Program-made: the position numbers and the translations under genes
In this document: positions 9,772 through 18,583 of the stretch, in pieces
How positions within the stretch are numbered: the stretch's first letter is position 1
Layout: each line of letters begins with the position of its first letter
Notes under the pieces: generated by a model
Databases searched by the model: none
Told to the model about the DNA's origin: nothing
Seen by the model: only the letters and a program-made list of their open reading frames with translations
Assembly: GCA_016187515.1 (NCBI GenBank)
Contig: JACPJN010000006.1
Coordinates: forward strand, 128,856-192,855
Source of the DNA: Candidatus Uhrbacteria bacterium
GTDB lineage: Bacteria > Patescibacteriota > Patescibacteriia > GWA2-47-26
DNA length: 64,000 nucleotides
Direction of reading: 5' to 3'

Positions 9772-9858
9772 GCCGGGATGGTGAAACTGCCAGACACGCG
9801 GGACTCAAAATCCCGTGACCGCAAGGTCGTGAGGGTTGGACTCCCTCTCCCGGCACCA
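9772..9858 (+). tRNA. tRNA-Leu(CAA) with non-canonical C19/G56
   Basis: Acceptor GCCGGGA/TCCCGGC+ACCA; anticodon arm CGGGA-CTCAAAA-TCCCG; long variable arm; T arm GAGGG-TTGGACT-CCCTC. Confidence 0.85.
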
Positions 9859-9867
9859 AACAATTTT

Positions 9868-10656
9868 ATGTCACGCGACACACGTACGCCTACACCGGAA
9901 GATCTTGGTATCGCGCCAGAAACCCGCGAAACAGAAAGACATATTGAAATTGAAGTGAAAATCGTCCACACCAAATCCGAGCATTCCACACCCGAAGGAT
10001 TACAAAAGAAAATTGAGGCGCTTGGTGGCACACTGGAGATACCGCGGCGCTTGCTGGAGGACGTGAGTTTCCGCAGAGAAAAGAAAGCGGCGCGGGATGC
10101 ACGGACATATATACTCACGTTGAAGGATTTTAAAAACCAACAAGACCTTGAACGCGTACTCTCCCTCCTTGGACTTAAAATTCTCCCTAGAGATGGAAAT
10201 GAAATTGCTGTACGCACTTCTGGCGGCTCAATGCCAACGCGCACTGTCAGATTGCGGCGTGATGGTGAACAGTTTGTATGGGGTGTGAAAGAATCGCGAG
10301 AAAAAGGTAAGAAATTTGATGAACGCCAGGAAGAAGAAGTGAGCGTTATACGCCCTCGGGCAGTGGAGGAAATTCTTAATGCACTTGGCTATACTCGCGA
10401 TACCGAGCGTCAAAAATATCGCTCCACGTTCCGCCTTAATAAAACGCTCGTTGAGCTCAACGAAGGACCAAAAGCGCCGCCCTGGATTGAAGTTGAGGCC
10501 GACTCTGCACAAAAGGCGACTAACCAAGATGTGTTTGACACTGTAGATCGGCTCGGTTACGCAAAAGCAGATACGGCCGCAATATCTGATGCCGACTACT
10601 ACCGTATGCATGGAGTTAATGATGAGGAATTGAGAAATTTGAAATTTTCGCAATAA
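9868..10656 (+). CDS. CYTH-domain (class IV adenylate cyclase-like) protein
   Basis: IEIEVK, VRLR, QKYRSTF, WIEVE; the upstream ORF extension overlaps the tRNA. Confidence 0.75.
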   Translation: MSRDTRTPTPEDLGIAPETRETERHIEIEVKIVHTKSEHSTPEGLQKKIEALGGTLEIPRRLLEDVSFRREKKAARDARTYILTLKDFKNQQDLERVLSLLGLKILPRDGNEIAVRTSGGSMPTRTVRLRRDGEQFVWGVKESREKGKKFDERQEEEVSVIRPRAVEEILNALGYTRDTERQKYRSTFRLNKTLVELNEGPKAPPWIEVEADSAQKATNQDVFDTVDRLGYAKADTAAISDADYYRMHGVNDEELRNLKFSQ

Positions 10657-10671
10657 CTTTTAATCAAATGC

Positions 10672-10703
10672 AAAAACACTCCGATGATGATCGGAGTGTT
10701 TTT
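10672..10703. terminator. Bidirectional intrinsic terminator
   Basis: AAAAACACTCCGAT-GATG-ATCGGAGTGTTTTT between convergent genes. Confidence 0.8.
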
Positions 10704-10704
10704 A

Positions 10705-10778
10705 TTGCGGGGGCGGGATTTGAACCCGCGACCTCCGGGTTATGGGCCCGGCGAGCTTCCAGGCTGCTCCACCCCGCT
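10705..10778 (-). tRNA. Initiator tRNA-Met(CAT)
   Basis: AGCGGGGTGGAGCAGCCTGGAAGCTCG; GGG/CCC anticodon stem with CAT; unpaired 1:72; GGTTCAAATCC. Confidence 0.92.
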
Positions 10779-10790
10779 ATATGCAATTTT

Positions 10791-10853
10791 GAGTAGGAAT
10801 CCACGACCTTCCCGACTATGGTCGGGACGGCTTCCATGCTGCTCCACCCCGCT
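10791..10853 (-). pseudogene. Degenerate tRNA-fMet copy; anticodon arm replaced by a CCCGAC/GTCGGG hairpin
   Basis: First 24 nt match the adjacent tRNA at 23 positions; no intact 3' acceptor strand. Confidence 0.7.
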
Positions 10854-10909
10854 ATGCAGTGCGTGGATAACATGATACACTGCCATCTCAATACTGTCAA
10901 ACATCGCCC

Positions 10910-11989
10910 ATGAGCATTTTTTTTGACTCCATAATTTTGCTCTACCTCATCGCTTCCGCCACGTTGGGTATTGCTCTGTTTCGTGATCGCCGGCGGACTG
11001 GCACCTGGGAATCCCGCCACAAATTGCTAGCCATTAGTTGTTCAGTTGTTTTGTTGTTTAGTTTTTTGGTCGTAATCTGGGGCTCGTTCATTGAACCGCG
11101 CCTTATCACGGTAAAGACCGTACAGATTGATTTACCCAATTTTGAGCCAACCCAGCCGGTACGCGCGGCGCTGATATCCGACGTGCATGTCGGGACCTAT
11201 AAAAAAGGCGGTTGGATCCAGCGCGTGTCAAAACGCATCATTGCCGAACAGCCGGATTTGGTACTTATCGCCGGCGACCTGATTGTCAGCAAACCCGAAC
11301 ACGCGCAATACCTTTCTTCATTCTCCATTCTTAACTCTTCATTCCCAACCTACGCCGTGCTTGGCGACCATGATTATCATGTTAACCATGGCTACACGCT
11401 CGATCCAGAACTTGCCTCCGCGGTTGAAGAAGAGCTCATCCGCGCCGGAATACAAGTCATGCACAATGAAGCGCGGAAAATCGAGATTAACGATGCAACA
11501 TTTTGGCTCCTCGGTCTTGACGACTGGCTCGCCGGAAAAACCGACCTGCCGCACGCACTCTCCCAATTAACCAATCAACAAATCAACGAATCACCAATTG
11601 TTGCGCTCATCCACAACCCCGACTTTATCCTTGACCCGGAATTCACTGCCAAGGCGGGACAAGCAAAAAAAGCCGACTTAATCCTGGCCGGCAATACTCA
11701 TGGCGGACAAATTCGGCTGCCTTTTATTGGGGCAGTCAGTCGCCTACCCTCAAAACTCCCGCGCGCCTTTGATAAAGGACTATTTGATATTACTCCTCCC
11801 ACCCCTCCGCTCCCACCCCTCCTAACCTCCCCTCGGGCAGGGGAGGAAAAATTGTTTCTCCCCCTTGTCAAGGGGGAGTTAGAGGGGGTCCAAAAACGCT
11901 ACGTCTTTATCACCTCCGGCATTTCCGAATCCGGCCCCCGCGCCCGCCTCTTCAACCCGCCGGAAATCGTCATACTAGAGTTCAACTAA
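10910..11989 (+). CDS. Membrane-anchored metallophosphoesterase (YkuE-like), with several repeat-derived inserts
   Basis: SDVH, AGDL, LGDHD, HNPD, GNTHGGQI, RLFNPPEI. Confidence 0.88.
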   Translation: MSIFFDSIILLYLIASATLGIALFRDRRRTGTWESRHKLLAISCSVVLLFSFLVVIWGSFIEPRLITVKTVQIDLPNFEPTQPVRAALISDVHVGTYKKGGWIQRVSKRIIAEQPDLVLIAGDLIVSKPEHAQYLSSFSILNSSFPTYAVLGDHDYHVNHGYTLDPELASAVEEELIRAGIQVMHNEARKIEINDATFWLLGLDDWLAGKTDLPHALSQLTNQQINESPIVALIHNPDFILDPEFTAKAGQAKKADLILAGNTHGGQIRLPFIGAVSRLPSKLPRAFDKGLFDITPPTPPLPPLLTSPRAGEEKLFLPLVKGELEGVQKRYVFITSGISESGPRARLFNPPEIVILEFN

Positions 11990-12002
11990 CTTCTACTCCC
12001 TT

Positions 12003-12899
12003 TCAATCCCCCAGAGATCGTTCTCCTTGAACTACGCTGAATCCCCACTTTAACAATTTGGCCATATCTTGAAAGCGCGCATCGTTGGTTTCACTTCCCA
12101 ACACCACCGCCATGAGTTCACTGCCATAGCTGCGCGCGGCAAATACTAAATTATATTTACTCTCTTCGATATGTCCGGTTTTTCCTCCTAGAATCGGGCC
12201 GTCGGGAGGATTAAACCAGCGTAATAATTGATTAGTAGCGTGAACTTCTCGAGCGGCTTTGCCTTTTGGCGCAAATTGAAACGAGGACTTAAGAACCGCT
12301 TCGCGGATTGGCGCGTGGCTTAAACTAAAACGGGCCAAAGCGGCGACCTCCCGAGCGGTACCGACATTTTCCGCGCGAAGTCCGGTCGGATCGGCAAACT
12401 TTAAACTGCGCAAACCAAGTTTTTCGGCTTTAGCATTCATGGCCAAGACCCCCGCCGCCTCATCTCCCAAAAAACTGCGCGTGAGCAGCATCGCGGCGTC
12501 GTTGGAAGAGGCCGTAAGCATCAGGTTCCAAGCGTCAACGACCTTAAGCTGTTCTCCTGGAATGAGATAAGCAATATCGCCGTTACGGCGATCTTGTGCT
12601 TCAAAAGTTATAAGGCCATTCCAGTCCGGATTTTTATCCAGTAGCGCAAGCGCGGTCATTAGTTTAGTAATGCTCGCGATCGGCCGGACGGTATCCGCAT
12701 TCTTGGAGTGCAAAATTATTCCTTCCGTGGTATCCGCCAGAAACACGCTCTCGGCCGAGAGTGAAGGCAACTCCCCCGCTCCCCCTCTTAAGTTAAGAGG
12801 GGGTGGCCCGCCCGAGGCGGGTAGGGGGGCGTTATGCAACGTCTGCACGGCTAGAAATGCTCCCACCGCGGCAAATAAAGAAGCGAGCTGAAGAAGCAT
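12003..12899 (-). CDS. D-alanyl-D-alanine carboxypeptidase/endopeptidase (peptidase S11)
   Basis: SITK, SSN and KTG motifs; N-terminal anchor. Confidence 0.9.
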   Translation of the reverse strand: MLLQLASLFAAVGAFLAVQTLHNAPLPASGGPPPLNLRGGAGELPSLSAESVFLADTTEGIILHSKNADTVRPIASITKLMTALALLDKNPDWNGLITFEAQDRRNGDIAYLIPGEQLKVVDAWNLMLTASSNDAAMLLTRSFLGDEAAGVLAMNAKAEKLGLRSLKFADPTGLRAENVGTAREVAALARFSLSHAPIREAVLKSSFQFAPKGKAAREVHATNQLLRWFNPPDGPILGGKTGHIEESKYNLVFAARSYGSELMAVVLGSETNDARFQDMAKLLKWGFSVVQGERSLGD

Positions 12900-12909
12900 A
12901 GCAATTGAA

Positions 12910-12970
12910 GCGAGACAAGTAAATCAGGTAAAGCAAGCAAGTCAAGTAACTTGATTCACTTGATTTACTT
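12910..12970. repeat. GTAAATCAA 9-mer inverted array
   Basis: GCGAGACAAGTAAATCAGGTAAAGCAAG...CTTGATTCACTTGATTTACTT. Confidence 0.8.
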
Positions 12971-13513
12971 ATTTTGCTCAAGCAAAGTGGTCATCACCTC
13001 ATGTCCGTGCAGCGCTCCGTAGTCCGGGAGCTCTTCCACCAAGCGGACCCCCAGATAGCGGAGAAAATCCATGCTCACCCGAATCCGATTTTCCTTACGC
13101 ACGGCATCATATTCTTCGTCAATCAGCCCGCGGATTAAGAGGTTGCGCAAAATCAGCCCGCAGCTGACCCCGCGGATAATCTCCAGCTCGCCTTTTGAAA
13201 TCGGGCCCCGATACGCGATCACGGTCAGGGTCTCCAATTGCGGACGCGTCAGTTCTCCGGCAAATTCCTCTTTTACAAAGGCCGCGACCACGGCCGCGGT
13301 TTCTCCCGCGGTCCCCATTTGCCAATTTTTACCGGTTGAAAAAATCTGCAATCCGCTGGCGCGCGCTTTGTATTCCTCCTGCAGTTCTTTTAAGGCCTCC
13401 CCGACCCGCGCTTCTTTTTCTCCGACAAATTCGGCGATCTTTTTTATGGTCATCGGCCGGCCGGCCACAAACAACAGCGCCTCAAGATTTGATTTAAGCG
13501 TCATAATTCGCAC
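12965..13513 (-). CDS. scpB: SMC-Scp complex subunit ScpB
   Basis: LEALLFV, LETLTVIAYRGPI, IRGV. Confidence 0.93.
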   Translation of the reverse strand: MRIMTLKSNLEALLFVAGRPMTIKKIAEFVGEKEARVGEALKELQEEYKARASGLQIFSTGKNWQMGTAGETAAVVAAFVKEEFAGELTRPQLETLTVIAYRGPISKGELEIIRGVSCGLILRNLLIRGLIDEEYDAVRKENRIRVSMDFLRYLGVRLVEELPDYGALHGHEVMTTLLEQNK

Positions 13514-13515
13514 CT

Positions 13516-13929
13516 CTACCTCTTTTTCTTAGGCAGATATTCTTCGTATTTTTTTCTTTCCGCCAGCTGCGCGTATTCTCGTTTGTAGTTTTTCAGCACA
13601 CCTTTCAAAATCACCGCAAACCAAGAAACGGTAATCAAAAAAATCAGCAGCGTCCACCCTCGCGCGGAAAGAATCACGGCGCCGACTTGTCTGGACCAAA
13701 TCAGTATCAGCATAAACGCCGCGAAAAACCAGAATGGACGGCTAAGTTTGGAAAGCCCGCGGGCCAGCGGCGGATTATCTTTTTTCCGGCGGCTTAATAT
13801 CTTAAAGACAATTCCCCCGCCAATAAACAAGGCCACGACAATAATCGCGGCAATAAAAGAAAACCGACGCAATGGCGGAGTATATACCGCAAACCAATAA
13901 GAGAGGTGCAATAGATTGGTAAATTGCAT
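13516..13929 (-). CDS. Hypothetical membrane protein
   Basis: Three TM segments ending in YLPKKKR; the ORF-track N-terminus is repeat-derived, so start taken at MQFT. Confidence 0.75.
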   Translation of the reverse strand: MQFTNLLHLSYWFAVYTPPLRRFSFIAAIIVVALFIGGGIVFKILSRRKKDNPPLARGLSKLSRPFWFFAAFMLILIWSRQVGAVILSARGWTLLIFLITVSWFAVILKGVLKNYKREYAQLAERKKYEEYLPKKKR

Positions 13930-14014
13930 GCGAGTAGGTAAATCAAGTAAATTAAGTAAAGCAAGTAAATCAAGGGCTTGATTCACTTGTCTCGCTTGAC
14001 TTGCATGATTTACT
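13930..14014. repeat. GTAAATCAA 9-mer inverted array
   Basis: GGTAAATCAAGTAAATTAAGTAAAGCAAGTAAATCAAG, then the reverse units CTTGATTCACTTGTCTCGCTTG. Confidence 0.8.
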
Positions 14015-14567
14015 TTTTCTCAAAGACAATGCCGAAGTGATACGGGCCGGCCTCGAATTCCTCGCGATACTCAAATCCGGCTTCTTGAGCCAGTTGCCGC
14101 GCCGTCGCTGGCGCGATGCGCCGCTCCGGAGGAGGACCCAAGGGGCTCGCGGTTTGCTTCCAATCGCCAACCAGCAGCGTGCCGCCGGATTTGGTAATCC
14201 GCGCCGCCTCGCGCAGGACTGCCGCGCGGGCCGGAATTTGAGAAAGATCATTGACGAGCACCGTCAGATCCGCGGAACCATCCGTAATTTTCAGCGCGCC
14301 CGGTTTTTCCAAATCCGCCCACACGGTTTCCACATTATCCACTCCTTCGAGCTTGGCCCGGCTGCGGATCGCCTCCAGCACGGATTTCAAAATATCCACC
14401 GCGTACACCCGCCCGGTCGGGCCGGTCAGATGCGCGGCGGGAAATACAAAATGCCCGGAGGTACCGCAGGCCAGCTCCGCGACAATATCCCCCTGTTTAA
14501 TGCCGGCGCGGGTCAGGAGTTTCACCGCGTCGATTAGCTCGTTGCCGCCGTGGAATCGAATGGACAT
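14010..14567 (-). CDS. Class I SAM-dependent methyltransferase
   Basis: VAELACGTSG, VYAVD, DWK; start MSIRF. Confidence 0.85.
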   Translation of the reverse strand: MSIRFHGGNELIDAVKLLTRAGIKQGDIVAELACGTSGHFVFPAAHLTGPTGRVYAVDILKSVLEAIRSRAKLEGVDNVETVWADLEKPGALKITDGSADLTVLVNDLSQIPARAAVLREAARITKSGGTLLVGDWKQTASPLGPPPERRIAPATARQLAQEAGFEYREEFEAGPYHFGIVFEKK

Positions 14568-14608
14568 ACGATTGCAGTAAAGCAAGTAAATCAGGTAAAT
14601 CAAGTGAA

Positions 14609-15028
14609 TCAAATGCTTGATTTACTTGACTTGCTCGTCTCGCCTGATTTACTTAATTGATGAGTATTATCCTTCTGACTTTGAATCCATCGCCGTAATT
14701 TTTTACTTACCTCCCCTCCAAGCGCCTCAATACTAGTATACTGTGCTTTATCAATATAGCCAAGCTCACATGCGACCATCAGCTGATATCGTACCTCCTC
14801 TAAGGAAGCATCGGCAATATTGTAAAAGTGGAGACTATCATATACTGACTTTCTGTGAAAGCCCTCTACAATATTGGATGCTACAGATAGCGCGGCACGA
14901 CGTAGCTGTGATACAAGGCCGTACATCTCATGTGGTGGAAACTTTGCAGTAAGGCGATACACTTCTACCACAAGTTGATGTGCTTTCTGCCACACCTGTA
15001 AATCCCTAAAGGTACTGATCTGTGCCAT
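14609..15028 (-). CDS. Four-helix-bundle protein (23S rRNA intervening-sequence protein family)
   Basis: FRDLQVWQKA, FPPHEMYGLVSQLRRAALSVASNIVEG; the C-terminal KSS repeats come from the flanking repeat. Confidence 0.93.
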   Translation of the reverse strand: MAQISTFRDLQVWQKAHQLVVEVYRLTAKFPPHEMYGLVSQLRRAALSVASNIVEGFHRKSVYDSLHFYNIADASLEEVRYQLMVACELGYIDKAQYTSIEALGGEVSKKLRRWIQSQKDNTHQLSKSGETSKSSKSSI

Positions 15029-15030
15029 AC

Positions 15031-15083
15031 AACCTGATTTACTTGATTTACCCGTGATTTACCTGTCTCGCTTGATTTACTTC
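15031..15083. repeat. GTAAATCAA 9-mer array upstream of the four-helix gene
   Basis: CCTGATTTACTTGATTTACCCGTGATTTACCTGTCTCGCTTGATTTAC. Confidence 0.8.
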
Positions 15084-15322
15084 AACCCAAACAACCTCCC
15101 AAAAATCGCCAAACCAATACTTTGCAAAATTCCGCTCATGTAGAAAAACGAGAGCAAGATGATCGCCACCCCCGCTAATTTATAAAATAGCCGCGAACCG
15201 CCTTCGGTTCCCAAATGCTGCTCGGCCCAAGCGACCGGGCCAAGCGAATTATATAATTTTTCCGAATAAATTACGATAAGCGCCCCGACCGCGGCTCCGA
15301 TTAACGCGAAAATATAACGCAT
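15077..15322 (-). CDS. Small hypothetical membrane protein
   Basis: Two to three hydrophobic segments; WAEQHLGTEGGSR. Confidence 0.75.
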   Translation of the reverse strand: MRYIFALIGAAVGALIVIYSEKLYNSLGPVAWAEQHLGTEGGSRLFYKLAGVAIILLSFFYMSGILQSIGLAIFGRLFGLK

Positions 15323-15498
15323 AATTTAGTGCGAGGTCATACCTCCGTTAAATCGGAGGTCCGACCCCCATATTATTAAATCAACAAACGATCATAGTAT
15401 AACACGATTTATAAAAACAAAAAAGCGGAGAGCTTTGGTCCAAGACCCTGTTGTTCTGTTGTTCAGGGTTCCCGGCCTAAGATCCGCAGCGTACCCAC

Positions 15499-16704
15499 CT
15501 AGAAGGTGAGCGTCTCCCCCGCAAACGGGAACGGTCCGTAAGCAGGCAGGAGCGTGTTGTAACAGGAAAGATCACGTCCGGCGTTTATCGTACACCAGTG
15601 AACCGGACTGATTAACTCGGCTCGCAGGGTGTCGTCGAGCGGAGCAGAGGCACCCGTGGCGTCCACCTGAATCCGGAAGGTTGCGGTGGAATTCCCGTCA
15701 ATCTCTTCCTGCATCGGCAGAGCGAATCCTCGGGTGTACTCCGCGCCATCCACCGCCATCTCCAACGGAAATCCCCTAGAGACACTCTCGCCCTCGGCAT
15801 TGAGGATTTGCACATCGCGCGGTTGCCAACCTGATGCAGCGTGATCCGTCCACCAAAGTCGCACCTCCACCCAATGAAGCTCCACGTCCGGGACCACCGC
15901 GGCTCGCGCGCAATCCAAGGTCCCTCGGGGATCCACTCGCACGTGAAGCGCATCAATCACACCAGCGACAGCCGCTCCGGAAGGCGTCGTGGGGGCAATG
16001 CTGAAGATAAGACCCACCGGCACATGGATAATGCGATATCCATATCCAGCGGCATCAGTTACCGCGCCGCACATCTCCTCCTCGGCTCCGACTCCATCGG
16101 CACATTCTGGATCAGTGGAGTCGGCCAACCCATCGCAGTTATCGTCCACGCTATTGTGGCAGTCCTCCACCGCACCGGGGTAGGCATTGGGGTTAGTTGG
16201 CCAGCAGTCATCCGGCTCGCTCCGTCCAAGCACCAACCCGTCCGGACAACCGCATCCAAAGTACAGTAGGCACGCGGAGTTGATGCTTGTATGGCCATCG
16301 CGATCGAAATCGCTGCAACAATCCAGCCAATCCGCTTCGTCAACGAAGCCGTCGCAATCGTTGTCAATGCTGTCGCCGCAGACTTCTTCACCGGTCGGAA
16401 TGCATTCCTCACCCTCACTCTCGGACTCGGCTTCTGATTCGGCCTCGCTTTCCGACTCCGCCTCCGATTCGGCTTCGCTCTCGGCTTCCGCTTCGGACTC
16501 GGCCTCCGCCTCCGATTCGGCTTCGGATTCGCCCTCATCCGCGGGAGCCGGAACCGTCACCACGACAACGCACACGCCGTCCTGGCACTCGCCCCGCCCG
16601 CGACAATCCTCGGAAGCCTGGCACGGACCGTATTCGTGCACGATGGTCGTTTCGCCACCGCAAGCCACGACAAACAGTGTACCGATCAACATGATCGTTC
16701 GCAT
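15499..16704 (-). CDS. Secreted lipoprotein with an EAES low-complexity linker and MopE-like (DNDCDG) Cys/Asp repeats
   Basis: Lipobox VVAC; (EAES)n; EVCGDSIDNDCDGFVDE; AGGAG SD; TTGACA-N17-TATATT upstream. Confidence 0.75.
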   Translation of the reverse strand: MRTIMLIGTLFVVACGGETTIVHEYGPCQASEDCRGRGECQDGVCVVVVTVPAPADEGESEAESEAEAESEAEAESEAESEAESESEAESEAESESEGEECIPTGEEVCGDSIDNDCDGFVDEADWLDCCSDFDRDGHTSINSACLLYFGCGCPDGLVLGRSEPDDCWPTNPNAYPGAVEDCHNSVDDNCDGLADSTDPECADGVGAEEEMCGAVTDAAGYGYRIIHVPVGLIFSIAPTTPSGAAVAGVIDALHVRVDPRGTLDCARAAVVPDVELHWVEVRLWWTDHAASGWQPRDVQILNAEGESVSRGFPLEMAVDGAEYTRGFALPMQEEIDGNSTATFRIQVDATGASAPLDDTLRAELISPVHWCTINAGRDLSCYNTLLPAYGPFPFAGETLTF

Positions 16705-16867
16705 GAGTCAGTCTCCTTGCTAATCCAGGGTTTGATTTGCCAGCAATGCTTGGTGCACAAATTAATTACGACCCAAATACTGCTGGCACACTTTCTCATT
16801 TAAAAGAACACCAACCAATATAACACAAGAATGGGCTTTTGTCAAGCCCATTCTTATCATCCGCTCA

Positions 16868-16939
16868 TGCGCGCTGAGGGGATTGAACCCCCGGCCTACT
16901 CGGTGTAAACGAGTCGCTCTACCACTGAGCTAAGCGCGC
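16868..16939 (-). tRNA. tRNA-Val(TAC)
   Basis: GCGCGCTTAGCTCAGTGGTAGAGC; ACTCG-TTTACAC-CGAGT; GGTTCAATCC. Confidence 0.93.
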
Positions 16940-16965
16940 ACATTTATCTATAAGCAAGAGGTTAG

Positions 16966-17055
16966 GTGCTCTACCACTGAGTCCCGACGAGCCGACTCAT
17001 CGTCGGCTGTCGGCTCCCCGACTCCGCCGGAGGCGGACGTCGGGGCTACGCGCGC
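16966..17055 (-). pseudogene. tRNA-Val-like 5' half interrupted by nested CCCGAC/GTCGGG hairpins
   Basis: GCGCGCGTAGC[about 62-nt insert]TCAGTGGTAGAGCAC; no 3' half. Confidence 0.7.
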
Positions 17056-17059
17056 AAAA

Positions 17060-17142
17060 TGCCCGGGAGAGGATTCGAACCTCCATGCCCTTGCGGGCGT
17101 CGCCACCTCAAGGCGGTGTGTCTGCCATTCCACCACCCGGGC
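17060..17142 (-). tRNA. tRNA-Leu(GAG)
   Basis: GCCCGGGTGGTGGAATGGCAGACAC; loop TTGAGGT; long variable arm; GGTTCGAATCC. Confidence 0.92.
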
Positions 17143-17179
17143 ACATTTTGATAAATTTTTACTTACTACTTACCCTTAC

Positions 17180-17911
17180 CTACTTACTACTTACTCTCCG
17201 TGCCGTTCTCCTTCCCCCAATCATTCTAATCGCTTCCGGAATTATGTCAACTTGGATGGGGGTTTTAACCACCCCGGAGGCGCCGCAATTAACCGAGATC
17301 GGCCGGACGGCCTTAAGCCGGCAAGAAGCGATCTTAAGCACGGTGGTTTCTTCCGGTTCTCTGCTCCACCAGGTTCGCTTAAAAGGGGTCACGCGCACGG
17401 TAAGCAATCCATCATTGCCGTTTTCCCCGTCTCCCAGATTCACGATCTCGACGCGGGTAAAACCCTTGGGGAATATGCTGAAGGTCGGCGTGTGAACGTC
17501 CAATCCTTTCCCTTCACCGCACACTTTCCCAAGAAAATACTTTTCTCCGATTCTCCCCAGATCAAGTTTTATAATTCGGCGCGCGGCCAGCGCGTCTACC
17601 GCGGCCAGGCCGTCGGGAATGGCGAGCTCGGGCGCGTAGTTGCTTTTTACCGCCGGAATGTAACCCAAAATAACCGAGGTTTTCGCGAAAGCGTTCACCG
17701 CTTCTTCAAGCAGTGCGTCATCTCCCACCAGCACCAGGGTTTTTAGCCGCTTGAGTCCGAATTCTTTGACTGCCGCGGGAAATTTGAGAAATTGCGAGAG
17801 CTGGGAAATTTTTCCGGAAATTCCAAAATCGGTAACGCGTCCTTCAATCAGCGCGAGCTCGCGCGCGTACTTTTTATTCCGCAAGAATGGCGCGTAAAGA
17901 TAAAGATACAT
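17180..17911 (-). CDS. Diacylglycerol/NAD kinase-like domain protein
   Basis: LVLVGDD, LGYIP, LDLGRI. Confidence 0.7.
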   Translation of the reverse strand: MYLYLYAPFLRNKKYARELALIEGRVTDFGISGKISQLSQFLKFPAAVKEFGLKRLKTLVLVGDDALLEEAVNAFAKTSVILGYIPAVKSNYAPELAIPDGLAAVDALAARRIIKLDLGRIGEKYFLGKVCGEGKGLDVHTPTFSIFPKGFTRVEIVNLGDGENGNDGLLTVRVTPFKRTWWSREPEETTVLKIASCRLKAVRPISVNCGASGVVKTPIQVDIIPEAIRMIGGRRTARRVSSK

Positions 17912-17917
17912 AGAGAA

Positions 17918-18004
17918 TTCCTAATTCACCTAATTGACCTAATTTCTAAACTTGGGATTTGGGATTTGTTTAGATTAATTAGGAATTAGAGTACTTAGAA
18001 ATTC
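17918..18004. repeat. CTAATT-based inverted array
   Basis: CCTAATTCACCTAATTGACCTAATT...AATTAGGAATTAG; related copy at 47878-48038. Confidence 0.7.
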
Positions 18005-18006
18005 TT

Positions 18007-18450
18007 TTATTCTTCACTCTGCGCGGCTACTTTGATCACGGGTTGCCGGCTGATTTTTGCTTCCACTTTTTCAGCAATCTTCCCATTACCCTTCATCAAA
18101 CATTTTCCGTGCAGAATCGCGCCGGGAGCCACCGATAAAACTTTCACCTCCACATTTCCAAACACTCGCGCGGTCGGCGCCAGCTCCAATCGATCACGGG
18201 CTTGAATATCCCCGCGGACCTCGCCGGCCACCTGGATGTGGGCGGCCGAAACCGTGGCTTGCACTTTGGCGCCTTCCTCCACCCGCACATTGCCGCTCGT
18301 CGTGAGCGAGCCGGTCAGCGAACCCACCACCACGATATTGCCGGATGAATTAAAATTGCCTTCCAGATGAACCGAGGGACCGATAACGGACTCGGTCGTG
18401 TCTCCTCCGGTATGCGCGATTGCTCCAATATCTTGGGTCTTTTTAAACAT
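18007..18450 (-). CDS. Bactofilin (polymer-forming cytoskeletal protein)
   Basis: SVIGPSVHLEG...GEVRGDI...GAILHGKC beta-helix pattern. Confidence 0.9.
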   Translation of the reverse strand: MFKKTQDIGAIAHTGGDTTESVIGPSVHLEGNFNSSGNIVVVGSLTGSLTTSGNVRVEEGAKVQATVSAAHIQVAGEVRGDIQARDRLELAPTARVFGNVEVKVLSVAPGAILHGKCLMKGNGKIAEKVEAKISRQPVIKVAAQSEE

Positions 18451-18583
18451 AGTGATTAACTCGTTAATTAGTTGATTAGATAATTGGTTAATTTACGGAC
18501 TGAAGAACCGCAATTTCACCCTACCATAACCCCTAGTATCATACAATACCGGCGTAACTATAACCACTACCGCGGCTTCCTAA

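Noticed and set aside
9778-9867. N-terminal extension of the CYTH ORF
   Set aside because: It is the tRNA-Leu(CAA) sequence read in frame.
14609-15028. Four-helix genes as Avd of a diversity-generating retroelement
   Set aside because: No reverse transcriptase and no template/variable repeat pair with adenine-specific differences seen in the window.
16410-16535. EAES-encoding tandem repeat as a mobile repeat
   Set aside because: Ordinary low-complexity coding linker, with no copies elsewhere in the window.
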